The notes beneath the pieces are model-generated. The model was given only the letters and a program-made list of their open reading frames with translations. It did no database searches and was not told where the DNA came from. This document shows positions 27,230-37,859 of a DNA stretch of 64,000 nucleotides, in pieces; the first letter of the stretch is position 1; each line of letters begins with the position of its first letter. This DNA is from Eledone cirrhosa (lineage: Eukaryota), in assembly GCA_964016885.1 (NCBI GenBank), contig OZ024749.1:3906001-3970000 (forward strand). The letters are read 5' to 3'. A program made the translations under genes and the position numbers.

Positions 27230-28112
27230 GCCCATTAAACATTGATATAAGAAAACAATTTCTTACCGCTGTCAAAAAACATGTACGTAAAGTTAGTCTC
27301 TCCCACCTCGAATGACCGCTAAATTTGAAATTCCAGCAGTTTTTGACTGAGGAAGTATCATAGCGACACGAAGCGGGAAGGGGAGACAACCCACGAAATG
27401 AGGAAAAAAATAATAATATACACGCGGGTTAATTATTTTTTTTGAAAACATTATCAATCCAACGTGTTTAAGAACTCAATTGAAAATAAAAAAATAAATA
27501 TATGCTTGTATAAATTACACACGCATATAGGTATTTTCTTAGGCTAAATCAGAAGTTGTACCCGAATAAGAACCGCTTCTCATAACCGCAGTAAATGCAG
27601 AAAGTTATGCTATAAAGGGCAAATGGGAATATAATTCTCCGGCCGAATTATTAAGAGTAAAATATAAAACACACGCGGGTTAATTAGTTATTTCAAAACC
27701 AATATTAATTCCTCGTGTAAAGAACTCAATTAATAAAATAAAATAAATACATATATGCATGTAATTATATACGTAGGCATATATATATATATATATTTTC
27801 CTAGGCTAAAAATCAGAGAAGTTACAACCAAAAAAAGCCACAATATTTCACAACAGTAATAAATACGGAAAGTCAAATTCATAAGGTACCTGGAAATAAA
27901 CCCCTCTGGCCATTCAAGAGAAAATATTTAATACAATAACAGAGATAGTTTAAAGCTAAACTCTGACTGGTAACCATCTCACTCAACAAACATTAGGTTA
28001 TATTAAAATATAAACCCAATTTAAGTGTTTGGGGTGCTAACAATATGTATAATGTGGAAAAACCAGTTGTATTATTTTATGAGATATAATTAAAGTTAAA
28101 GTATATCTCTCT

Positions 28113-28238
28113 TTCCAAACAATTGTTTCATTATAAGTTTTCTAGAAGTTTAGGAGAATGTTTCCAGTTTATGTAGAAGCCTAATATATATTCTTGTAAG
28201 AATATATTTAGGTGGGCACTTATAAATCATCAGTGGAA
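28113..28238 (-). ncRNA. Type I hammerhead ribozyme, second copy in the direct repeat
   Basis: Same motif as 27104-27229, offset by 1009 bp. Confidence 0.88.
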
Positions 28239-28699
28239 AATATATATATATTTTTATTTATTTATTTTACTTCTTTATTTATCACATCCATAATAATTAA
28301 TATATTTTTAACTCTGTAAGTATACCTAACAATTAATTAAATTTCTCTTTATGTATCTAGGTTCCTTAAAATTTAAACTGAGTAGTATTTCTCACTAACA
28401 CTGCATAAAATTATTTACCCTATGCTTTTAACAACATTCTTTAATAACATCAATTTTTTTTTTGGGGGGTGGGGGGGATCTTTTACTATCTCATTAACTT
28501 GACCTCATTTTAACCCCTACCTTTCTCTTCCCCATTCTTTTCATTCAAAGCATAAATTTACATTCCTCCACTCCTAGCATAAAATTTCAACTCCGGTTAT
28601 TCTATCAACTTGACCTTTAACTTTTCTATTGGTCAATTCACAACCTGTTCCCTAACAGACTTTTTGTATTAATACTTTGCTTCTTTCAATAAACATACT

Positions 28700-28842
28700 T
28701 CATCATTTCTGAAGATGGCATATATAAGTGTAGGTATGTATATCTCCTCTGATAATTTGTAATATTTTTTTACATAGATCTTTAATATGATATACATACC
28801 AACTTACACATATATATCCCAGAAACGATCGTAAAATGATGA
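28700..28842 (+). ncRNA. Type I hammerhead ribozyme with 106-nt stem II
   Basis: TCATCATTT-CTGAAGA-TGG..GGTATGTATATC...GATATACATACC..CCA-GAAAC-GATC-GTA^AAATGATGA, with a 9-bp stem I. Confidence 0.9.
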
Positions 28843-28924
28843 TTTTTTTAATATAAGAAACCTGTTCTTTGTTTTTATTTTATTGTATAGGAAGCTCATG
28901 CCAAATTAGTTTTATTTTAAGTAA

Positions 28925-29160
28925 AACAGTCAAAAATAAATATATTTGAAAACTAAAATGTGACATTTATTAAAACAATCAAAAGAGAAAGTTCATTCAA
29001 ATAGGGCCACAATTAGCATCCACTAGGGCCTCGTTCAAGCTCTGGAATCTGGCATATCCAGCTTTAATGGTGTCCGGAGAGAGAGCCTCAAATGCTTCCA
29101 TAACCCTGTCGATCAGCTGATGTCTTTCTCAACTGTGCTACACACATAACAATCCATAAA
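28925..29160 (-). mobile_element. Tc1/mariner transposase C-terminal remnant
   Basis: Minus frame [37 protein letters not shown] resembles mariner/maT C-terminal helices. Confidence 0.4.
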
Positions 29161-29217
29161 ATTGCAATCAGGGGTTTTATACACACACATTAACACACGC
29201 ACACACACACATACAAA

Positions 29218-29378
<161 letters not shown>

Positions 29379-29587
29379 TATAAGTGTATATATATATATA
29401 TATAAATATATGTATATATATATATATATGCTTTTCAGCCCCATGGATTTTGTCTATTATATTCCTTTGTTAGATTTCGAATATCTGATCTTGTCACCGG
29501 ATCCATACTGAACCCGGTCACTGAAATGAACCTAGTATAATAAACCTTTCAAGGAATTACACCAGTCCAGCCTCCTGTTATTTTATA

Positions 29588-29620
<33 letters not shown>

Positions 29621-30491
29621 ACGGCGATGAAATTGTTTTGCGAGGTTTTTGATATGAAATTGTGTGTCGAAGCAGATATTGTTATATTCGGGGAGGGTTA
29701 TATTGTTGTAATAATATATACATAATGTGTGTATACATATAATCATATATACATATGTAAATATACACACATATATACATATATGTGCACACAAACACAC
29801 ATAACTATGCATAAATACGCATGTGTTCAACATACGCACGCAGACCAAATACATACATATACATATACACATTCATACATGCGTGCGAATCACACATACA
29901 TACACATACATACACATGTATACACTTATACATACAAACATATATGTGTATATATATAAAAATATAAACATATATATATATACACACATATGCGCCTATA
30001 CGCCTGACTACAATTACACCATAAACGTTGTTTTGTTTTTGTCATTGCGTGAAATTGTTCTCATCGATCCACATAACGACGTATTGTCTTCAATTTTTCT
30101 GTTCATTGCCAAGGAACGTCTTCAGGAACCAAAGTATCTTTATCCCGTTTTCCTTCAGTTGCAACGTTTTCCGAAATATTTACTTCTGCGTCCAAAGATT
30201 TATTTATTTTTAAGTTTCAGAAGATCCCAATTAAGGGTGAAAACAGCGATTATTTGCTTAAACATTAATCTGTTATTTTAATATATATATATTGTTGTAC
30301 TTGGGGCGGGTCATATTGTTGTAATAATATTGCCAGAAATAATAACAGAACACACTCACCGTTTGGTTGGTGTTTGCTTCTGTGTCTGTTATATCTCCAC
30401 AGTTAATTAATTTGGTCCTCAATATTTATCACTTACTGACCAAGGTCAAAAATACAGATATAATATAGATATAAACACATATATATAGTCT

Positions 30492-30533
30492 AACAAAGTT
30501 CTTTCGTTGCACATCTGCAACATCATCAGTGGT
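30492..30533 (-). ncRNA. Minimal type I hammerhead, partly decayed
   Basis: Minus strand: ACCA-CTGATGA-tGTTGCAgatgTGCAAC-GAAA-GAAC-TT^TGTT. Strong stem II, one stem I mismatch. Confidence 0.7.
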
Positions 30534-30674
30534 ACTATTATGTTCCTCATGTTGTATTGTATGTCTCATGTCATTTTTATTTCATCTGTTTATTTATTTA
30601 TATACAATAACAAAGTCACCCAAATCAAACACTATACACACACGGAAACGCACGCGCAGAGAAGATGGTGCCAA

Positions 30675-30862
30675 ATAATAATAATTGTTTCTACGAACAA
30701 GGCCAGCAAATAGCCAGTGTATTACTGGTACTATATTTTATCTACCCCGTAAGGATGAAAGGCAAAGTTAACCTCGGCGGGATTTGCACGCCGAATGGCA
30801 AGGACCGTAACTATATGCGTCAAAGCAAGGCGACCGACCGTCTACCAATACTGCCAATCCAC
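30675..30862 (-). mobile_element. tRNA-derived SINE
   Basis: Matches the SINE consensus in reverse complement. Confidence 0.88.
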
Positions 30863-31109
30863 AATCATATCAATTATGCAGTTAAAAGGATTATTATTGA
30901 CGTAGGAAATATGAAATGTTGTGTATACCAGCTGAATTCCTGAATGTTCTCTACATTTTGGGCTTTGTTCTATATTTAATTATTTTGCCGGTTATTATTG
31001 TTTTTCGATATTATAGGGATTCCAATATATTCTGAAATCATTGAAAATATTCAATAATTGTTTCTATGGGAGTACATTCAACAAAAAGTAAAACACAGAT
31101 GAATGTATG

Positions 31110-31197
<88 letters not shown>

Positions 31198-31198
31198 T

Positions 31199-31247
<49 letters not shown>

Positions 31248-31349
31248 TTTACACACACGCACACACACATATATATATCTATGTGTGTATATGTATAGGT
31301 TTTTATTTGAATGCATGTAAATAGATATGCGTGTGTTTGTATGTATATA

Positions 31350-31394
<45 letters not shown>

Positions 31395-31436
31395 TTTAAT
31401 AAATATTTATATATATATATATATATATTTATTTTA

Positions 31437-31508
<72 letters not shown>

Positions 31509-32005
31509 ATGTGTATATATATATATTTGAATGCATGTGTATATATATATATTTGGTTCCAGTGACTCCATGAAGCATGCAAACATCTTGGACATTTTGA
31601 TGGTTAACTACATTAGGCAAGTTATTGGTTTTTGAAATTAAATTATATTTAATGTGTGTTAAGCTAAAGTAAACACTATACTAATGTAACTAACGTATTT
31701 TGAAGAATTGCAATATTCTATTGCTTGATAGAAACACTTTTGAATTATCAGATATAGAATATGATATGGACGTAGCTAGCCTGTATGTGTAGGACATGTA
31801 CTTTGTATTCATTAGGTCTTAGTTTCGACAACTACTGCTAGGCTATTTGTGTATGTTTAGTTTACCGTAGCTTCGCATAGACTTAAGCAGATTGAGGGAA
31901 CGTTAAAAGGCAGAATTTCTTTAAATTTTTGGGGTTTTTTTTAAAAACGAAATTTGCAATTTGATATTGCTTGCAAAAACCGAGTATTAAGATTATTATT
32001 ATTAT

Positions 32006-32724
32006 ATGTTTTTCTTGATGTCAGCCCTTGTGGCCAATAAACAAATCATTATTATATTAAACTTTTTCAAATTTCATTTGAAAAGGAAAATCAGGGTAGA
32101 GAGGGAAGTGCTCTCTTCCCAGCATTTTGTTGAAAGATGGGTGAGAGAAGCAAGTATGGCCCGAATGAATGGGCCTTCTCTGAGTATGTGTCTGTAAATT
32201 AAAGGTGGAAAACTGGGAGAGGGCACTTGCCCTGGTGGTCAGGGCCACTGTGGTCTTTTAATGGGCTTTCTCCACAAATGTCCCTCGGAAGTCTCCCCCT
32301 ATTGGGGAATTTGTCTTTGTTATTTTATTTCAACCTCTGTTTTTTTTACACGCAGAAATGCCCTTTTGTACCGTCCTGTATTGTCCTGTACTGTCCTTAA
32401 TGTCTACTTTATGTAAACCCTTGTGGTTAATAAAGAAAACATTATTATATTATTATATATTATTATTATTAATATTATTATTATTATATTATTATTATAT
32501 TATTATCAATTTTCATTTTTATTGTTTATATATATATATATGTTTCTATGTCCTTTTATTTTTATTTTCTTATATAAATAATAAAAATATTTACGCGCAC
32601 AAAACCCACATCGTACCGTCCTGTACCGTCCTGTGCCGTCTGTAATGTGTTTTCTTTATGTCAGCCCTTGTGGCCAATAAAGAAATCATTATAGTATTAT
32701 TATATTATTATTATTATATTATTA
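32006..32724 (+). mobile_element. Tx1/L1-like LINE 3' end(s): ORF2 C-terminus plus three copies of the 3' terminus with (ATT)n tails
   Basis: FFKFHLKRKIRVEREVLSSQHFVERW..* followed by a UTR. CCCTTGTGG(CC/TT)AATAAA + (ATT)n at ~32025, ~32418 and ~32665. Confidence 0.6.
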
Positions 32725-32922
32725 TGGGCGGTTGATTGGCAGTATCGGTAGAGGTTCGGACGCCATGCTTTGCAGCACAGTTACGTCCCTTTACGGACTG
32801 AGTTCATATTCCCGCCGAGGTTAACTTTGCCTTTCATCCTTACGGGGTCGATAAAATAAAGTACCAGTAATGTACTGGGATATTTGCTGGCCTTGTACCA
32901 AATAGTGGAAACAATTATTATT
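32725..32922 (+). mobile_element. tRNA-derived SINE, full length
   Basis: A-box TGGCAGTATCGG, B-box GAGTTCATATTCC, core and ATT tail. Confidence 0.92.
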
Positions 32923-33299
32923 ATATTATTGTTAACTCACGAATGCATTTAAGTGGAAATATATTTATAATTTCCAAGAATGTCCTGTAACACAATCTAT
33001 GAGGTTGAGACGCTCGGAGGATTTTGTTAAAAGTACACGTGCTTATGATATCCTTAGCCTGATATAATTTGATTACGTGAATAGACTACTTTGTTAATAC
33101 AGCAATTGTGATATTCGCCGTCAAATATGTGTAAGTGGCTCTTTAGAAACCATGGAAATCAAATATATTTCAAACATTACATGCAATTAAGCGTAGTGGT
33201 AAAAATCTCCGTGCTACACACACACACACACACACACGCACATACACACTGACACACACACACGCATTCACACACACACACAGACACACACACGAAAGT

Positions 33300-36200
33300 G
33301 TGGTGGCGGTTCTGATAGTGTTTGTGGTGATGTCGGCGGTGGTGTTGTTGACGGTGGTGATGTTGGTGGTGGTGGTGTTGGCGGTGGGATGTTGGTGGTG
33401 GTGGTGTTGGCGGTGGGGATGTTGGTGGTGGTGATGTTGGTGGTGGTGGTGTTGGCGGTGGGGATGTTGGTGGTGGTGATGTTGGTGGTGGTGATGTTGG
33501 TGGTGGTGATGTTGGTGGTGGTGGTGTTGGTGGTGGTGATGTTGGTGGTGGTGATGTTGGTGGTGGTGATGTTGGTGGTGGTGATGTTGGTGGTGGTGGT
33601 GTTGGTGGTGGTGGTGTTGGTGGTGGTGATGTTGGTGGTGGTGGTGTTGGTGGTGGTGATGTTGGTGGTGGTGATGTTGGTGGTGGTGATGTTGGTGGTG
33701 GTGATGTTGGTGGTGGTGGTGTTGGTGGTGGTGGTGTTGATGGTGGTGGTGTTGGTGGTGGTGATGTTGGTGGTGGTGATGTTGGTGGTGGTGGTGTTGG
33801 TGGTGGTGATGTTGGTGGTGGTGATGTTGGTGGTGGTGATGTTGGTGGTGGTGATGTTGGTGGTGGTGGTGTTGGTGGTGGTGGTGTTGGTGGTGGTGGT
33901 GTTGGTTGTGGTGGTGTTGGTGGTAGTGGTGTTGGTAGTGGTGATGTTGGTGGTGGTAGTGTTGGTGGGGGTGGTATTGGTGGTGGTGATGTTGGTGGTG
34001 GTGGTGTTGGTGGTGGTGGTGGTGGTGATGTTGGTGGTGGTGATGTTCGTGGTGGTGGTGTTGGTGGTGGTGGTTTTGGTGGTGGTGATGTTGGTGGTGG
34101 TGGTGTTGGTGGTGGTGATGTTGGTGGTGGTGATGTTGGTGGTGGTGGTGTTGGTGGTGGTGATGTTGGTGGTGGTGGTGATGTTGGTGGTGATGTTGGT
34201 GGTGGTGGTGGTGTTGGTGGTGGTGGTGTTGGTGGTGGTGATGTTGGTGGTGATGTTGGTGGTGGTGGTGATGTTGGTGGTGATGTTGGTGGTGGTGGTG
34301 TTGGTGGTGGTGATGTTGGCGGTGGTGATGTTGGTGGTGGTGGTGTTGGTGGTGGTGGTGTTGGTGGTGGTGATGTTGGCGGTGGTGATGTTGGTGGTGG
34401 TGGTGATGGTGGTGGTGATGCTGGTGGTGGTGGTGTTGGTGGTGGTGATGTTGGCGGTGGTGATGTTGGTGGTGGTGGTGTTGGTGGTGGTGATGTTGGT
34501 AGTGGTGATGTTGGTGGTGGTGGTGTTGGTGGTGGTGGTGTTGGCGGTGGTGATGTTGGTGGTGGTGGTGTTGTCGGTGGTGATGTTGGTGGTGGTGGTG
34601 TTGGTGGTGGTGTTGTTGGTGGTGGTGGTGTTGGTGGTGGTGATGTTTGTGGTGGTGGTGTTGGTGGTGGTGGTGTTGGTGGTGGTGGTGTTGGTGGTGG
34701 TGGTGTTGGTGGTGGTGATGTTGGAGGTGGTGGTGTTGGTGGTGGTGGTGTTGGTGGTGGTGGTGTTGGTGGTGGTGGTGTTGTCGGTGGTGATGTTGGT
34801 GGTGGTGGTGTTGGTGGTGGTGTTGTTGGTGGTGGTGTTGGTGGTGGTGATGTTTGTGGTGGTGGTGTTGGTGGTGGTGGTGTTGGTGGTGGTGGTGTTG
34901 GTGGTGGTGATGTTGGAGGTGGTGGTGTTGGTGGTGGTGGTGTTGGTGGTGGTGGTGTTGGTGGTGGTGGTGTTGGTGGTGGTGGTGTTGGTGGTGGTGA
35001 TGTTGGTGGTGGTGGTGTTGGTGGTGGTGGTGTTGGTGGTGGTGGTGTTGGTGGTGGGGATGTTGGTGGTGGTGGTGTTGGTGGAGGTGGTGTTGGTGGT
35101 GGTGGTGTTGGTCGTGGTGGTGTTGGTGGTGGTGATGTTGGTGGTGGTGGTGTTGATGGTGGGGATGTTGGTGGTGGTGGTGTTGGTGGTGGTGGCGTTG
35201 GTGATGGTGGTGTTGGTGGTGGTGATGTTGGAGGTGGTGGTGTTGATGGTGGGGATGTTGGTGGTGGTGGTGTTGGTGGTGGTGGTGTTGGTGGTGGTGA
35301 CGTTGGTGGTGGTGATGTTGGTGGTGGTGGTGTTGGTGGTGGTGGTGTTGGTGGTGGTGATGTTGGCGGTGGTGATGTTGGTGGTGGTGATGTTGGTGGT
35401 GGTGGTGTTGGTGGTGGTGATGTTGGCGGTGGTGATGTTGGTGGTGGTGATGTTGGTGGTGGGGATGTTGGTGGTGGTGATGTTGGTAGTGGTGATGTTG
35501 GCGGTGGTGATGTTGGTGGTGGTGGTGTTGGTGGTGGTGATGTTTACGGTGGTGATGTTGGTGGTGGTGATGTTGGTGGTGGTGGTGTTGGTGGTGGTGG
35601 TGTTTGTGGTGGTGATATTGGTGGTGGTGGTGTTGGTGGTGGTGATGTTTGTGGTGGTGATGTTGGTGGTGGTGATGTTGGCGGTGGTGATGTTGGTGGT
35701 GGTGTTGTTGGTGGTGGTGATGTTGCCGGTGGTGATGTTGGTGGTGGTGATGTTGGTGGTGGTGATGTTGGTGGTGGTGGTGTTGGTGGTGGTGACGTTG
35801 GTGGTGGTGATGTTGGTAGTGGTAATGTTGGCGGTGGTGATGTTGGTGGTGGTGGTGTTGGTGGTGGTGATGTTGGTGGTGGTGATGTTGGTGGTGGTGG
35901 TGTTGGTGGTGGTGATGTTTGTCGTGGTGATGTTGGTGGTGGTGATGTTGGTGGTGGTGATGTTCGCGGTGGTGATGTTGGTGGTGGTGACGTTCGTGGT
36001 GGTGATGTTGGTAGTGGTGATGTTGGCGGTGGTGATGTTGGTGGTGGTGGTGTTGGTGGTGGTGATGTTGGCGGTGGTGATGTTGGTGGTGGTGACGTTG
36101 GTGGTGGGGATGTTGGTAGTGGTGATGTTGGCGGTGGTGATGTTGGTGGTGGTGGTGTTGGTGGTGGTGATGTTGGCGGTGGTGATGTTGGTGGTGGTGA

Positions 36201-36478
36201 TGTTGGTGGTGGTGGTGTTGGTGGTGGTGGTGTTTGTGGTGGTGATGTTGGTGGTGGTGGTGTTGGTGGTGGTGATGTTTGTGGTGGTGATGTTGGTGAT
36301 GGTGATGTTGGTGGTGGTGGTGGTGTTGGTGGTGGTGATGTTGGTGGTGTTGATGTTGGTGGTGGTGATGTTGGTGGTGGTGATGTTGGTGGTGGTGATG
36401 TTGGTGGTGGTGATGTTTGTGGTGGTGATGTTGGTGGTGGTGATGTTGGCGTTGTTTTTGTTTGTGATGATGATGTTG
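33300..36478. repeat. 15-bp minisatellite (GTTGGTGGTGGTG[A/G]T)n, about 210 units
   Basis: Direct reading. It produces the QHHHH, NITTT and MLVVV ORFs. Confidence 0.97.
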
Positions 36479-36479
36479 G

Positions 36480-37170
36480 AACCAGGTGGACCATAACTCA
36501 CCAGAGTACACTATACTTAGGGTAGTAGAGTGGGTAATAGGAAAATGTAAGTCCCCGACGCCAGAGCCTAAGTCTTTTCGACCGTTATTTCTGGACTAAA
36601 TTAGAATGTTTAGCCTGGTAAATAAATAGCCGAACTTTTCAAGGTATATATCCTTATATGGGAAGATTGTAGTTGTCAAAAGGATTGGTCAAAATTTTTC
36701 GTAAACACAATTAAGTCTATCATGGTAGTGGGTGGAATGTAGGGGTGGCTGAATATGCCTGCAGAGCAATGAGTGAGTGGGTGGAGCCGGCCGAACGTTG
36801 AAAGTGAAATCTATACAGCAAATTCTAAGGATTGTGTATGAAACTAGTCCAGAGGAGGTAGGGGAATAAGGTTTCTGGAGAAAATAGAGGAGTGACGTTT
36901 TAGAATAGGTAAATCAATTAAGATTTGGAGACAATAAAACAAATAAGACAAAGATATATAAAAATATAAAATTGTATAGTGTAGAACTGATAGAAAGCAA
37001 AGACTGTAGAGTCCAAAACAGCTTCTATAATTAGTCGGTGTTGCTTTTTCGGCCACTGCTATAGAATGAGTTGAGAATAGAAGATACTAAATAATAATGT
37101 TTGAAGTTATAGAATTGTGAAGTAAAATGTAATACAAAATATCTGTATTAAAAAGTAATACAAAACAGCT
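36480..37170 (-). mobile_element. PLE-like 3' UTR/pLTR fragment (same family as 47745-47940)
   Basis: ACCAGGTGGACCATAAC..TAGTAGAGTGGGTAATAGGAA is shared with 47768-47830. Contains an HHR. Confidence 0.7.
36553..36646 (-). ncRNA. Type I hammerhead-like motif, U3:A8 variant (TTGAAAA), long stems II/III, decayed
   Basis: Minus strand: ACC-TTGAAAA-gttcggCTATTT...AAATAAcggtc-GAAA-agacttaggctctggc-GTC^GGGG. The paralog at 47840-47865 has intact stem III ACGGCT..AGCCGT. Confidence 0.6.
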
Positions 37171-37179
37171 GCTATTATT

Positions 37180-37560
37180 AGTTGGATTGGCAGTATCGGT
37201 AGAGGGTCGGACGCCATGCTTTCCAGCATAGTTACGTCCCTTTATGATCTGAGTTCAAATCCCGCCGAGGTTGACTTTGCCTTTCATCCTTACGGGGTCG
37301 ATAAAATAAAGTACCAGTAATGCACTGGGTAATTTGCTGGCCTTGTGCCTAAAGTAGAAACAATTATTAGTTGGATTGGCAGTATCGGTAGAGGGTCGGA
37401 CGCCATGCTTTGACGCATAAAGTTACGGCCCTTGCCATTCTGAGTTCAAATCCCGACGAGGTTAACTTTGCCTTTCATCCTTACGGGGTCGATAAAATAA
37501 AGTACCAGTAATGTACTGGAATAATTGCTGGCCTTGTGCCAAAAGTAGAAACAATTATTA
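37180..37560 (+). mobile_element. Two head-to-tail full-length tRNA-derived SINEs (37180-37368, 37369-37560)
   Basis: Two consecutive copies with A/B boxes, core and ATT tail. They differ in the head (GTCCCTTTATGATCT vs GGCCCTTGCCATTCT). Confidence 0.93.
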
Positions 37561-37859
37561 GTTAGTATTGCGTTTTCGGCCAATGCTATCTTTAATTTAC
37601 TGGGTGGGAGTACTTAGGCTACAGAGGTCCCTTTGGGCTGCCTCGGAGTAGGGTAAAGGGGAAAAAAGAGGAAGAAGATCGGGGGTGGAAGGAAAAGATA
37701 GGGGGAGACAGAGGTAAGAATGGAAACAGAGAGGAAAAGAAAAGATGTACATCTATCTATGTCAGCTGGAGTTTCCCTATCTTATTCGGCAAGTGGGATG
37801 TTTCAGGAAGTGTCTACCCCCCGGGTTGTTAGGGGTTTTAGGGTGAGGTAAGTCCTACG

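Larger units (their letters stand above)
26918..28238 (-). mobile_element. Non-coding retrozyme-like element: two ~310-bp direct repeats 1009 bp apart, each carrying an HHR
   Basis: 26921-27229 is nearly identical to 27930-28238. The interior has two diverged ~250-bp tandem units. Both ends abut (TA)n. Confidence 0.85.
26435..28920 (+). mobile_element. 3' end of a Penelope-like element (GIY-YIG C-terminus + long 3' UTR + HHR), interrupted by a nested insertion
   Basis: CRICSQELFEIMKSNDILLNKRQELIISCNH (~26478-26570) parallels CKLCNLEIYYIITHKKKLLNNRIERTLFCRH at 53820-54240. HHR at 28700. Confidence 0.75.

Noticed and set aside
30085-30131. Weak HHR-like matches (minus-strand CTGAAGA..GAAA here; also ~29480-29540, ~31696-31745, ~57115-57160)
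   Set aside because: Each has too many core or stem defects to distinguish from chance by eye.
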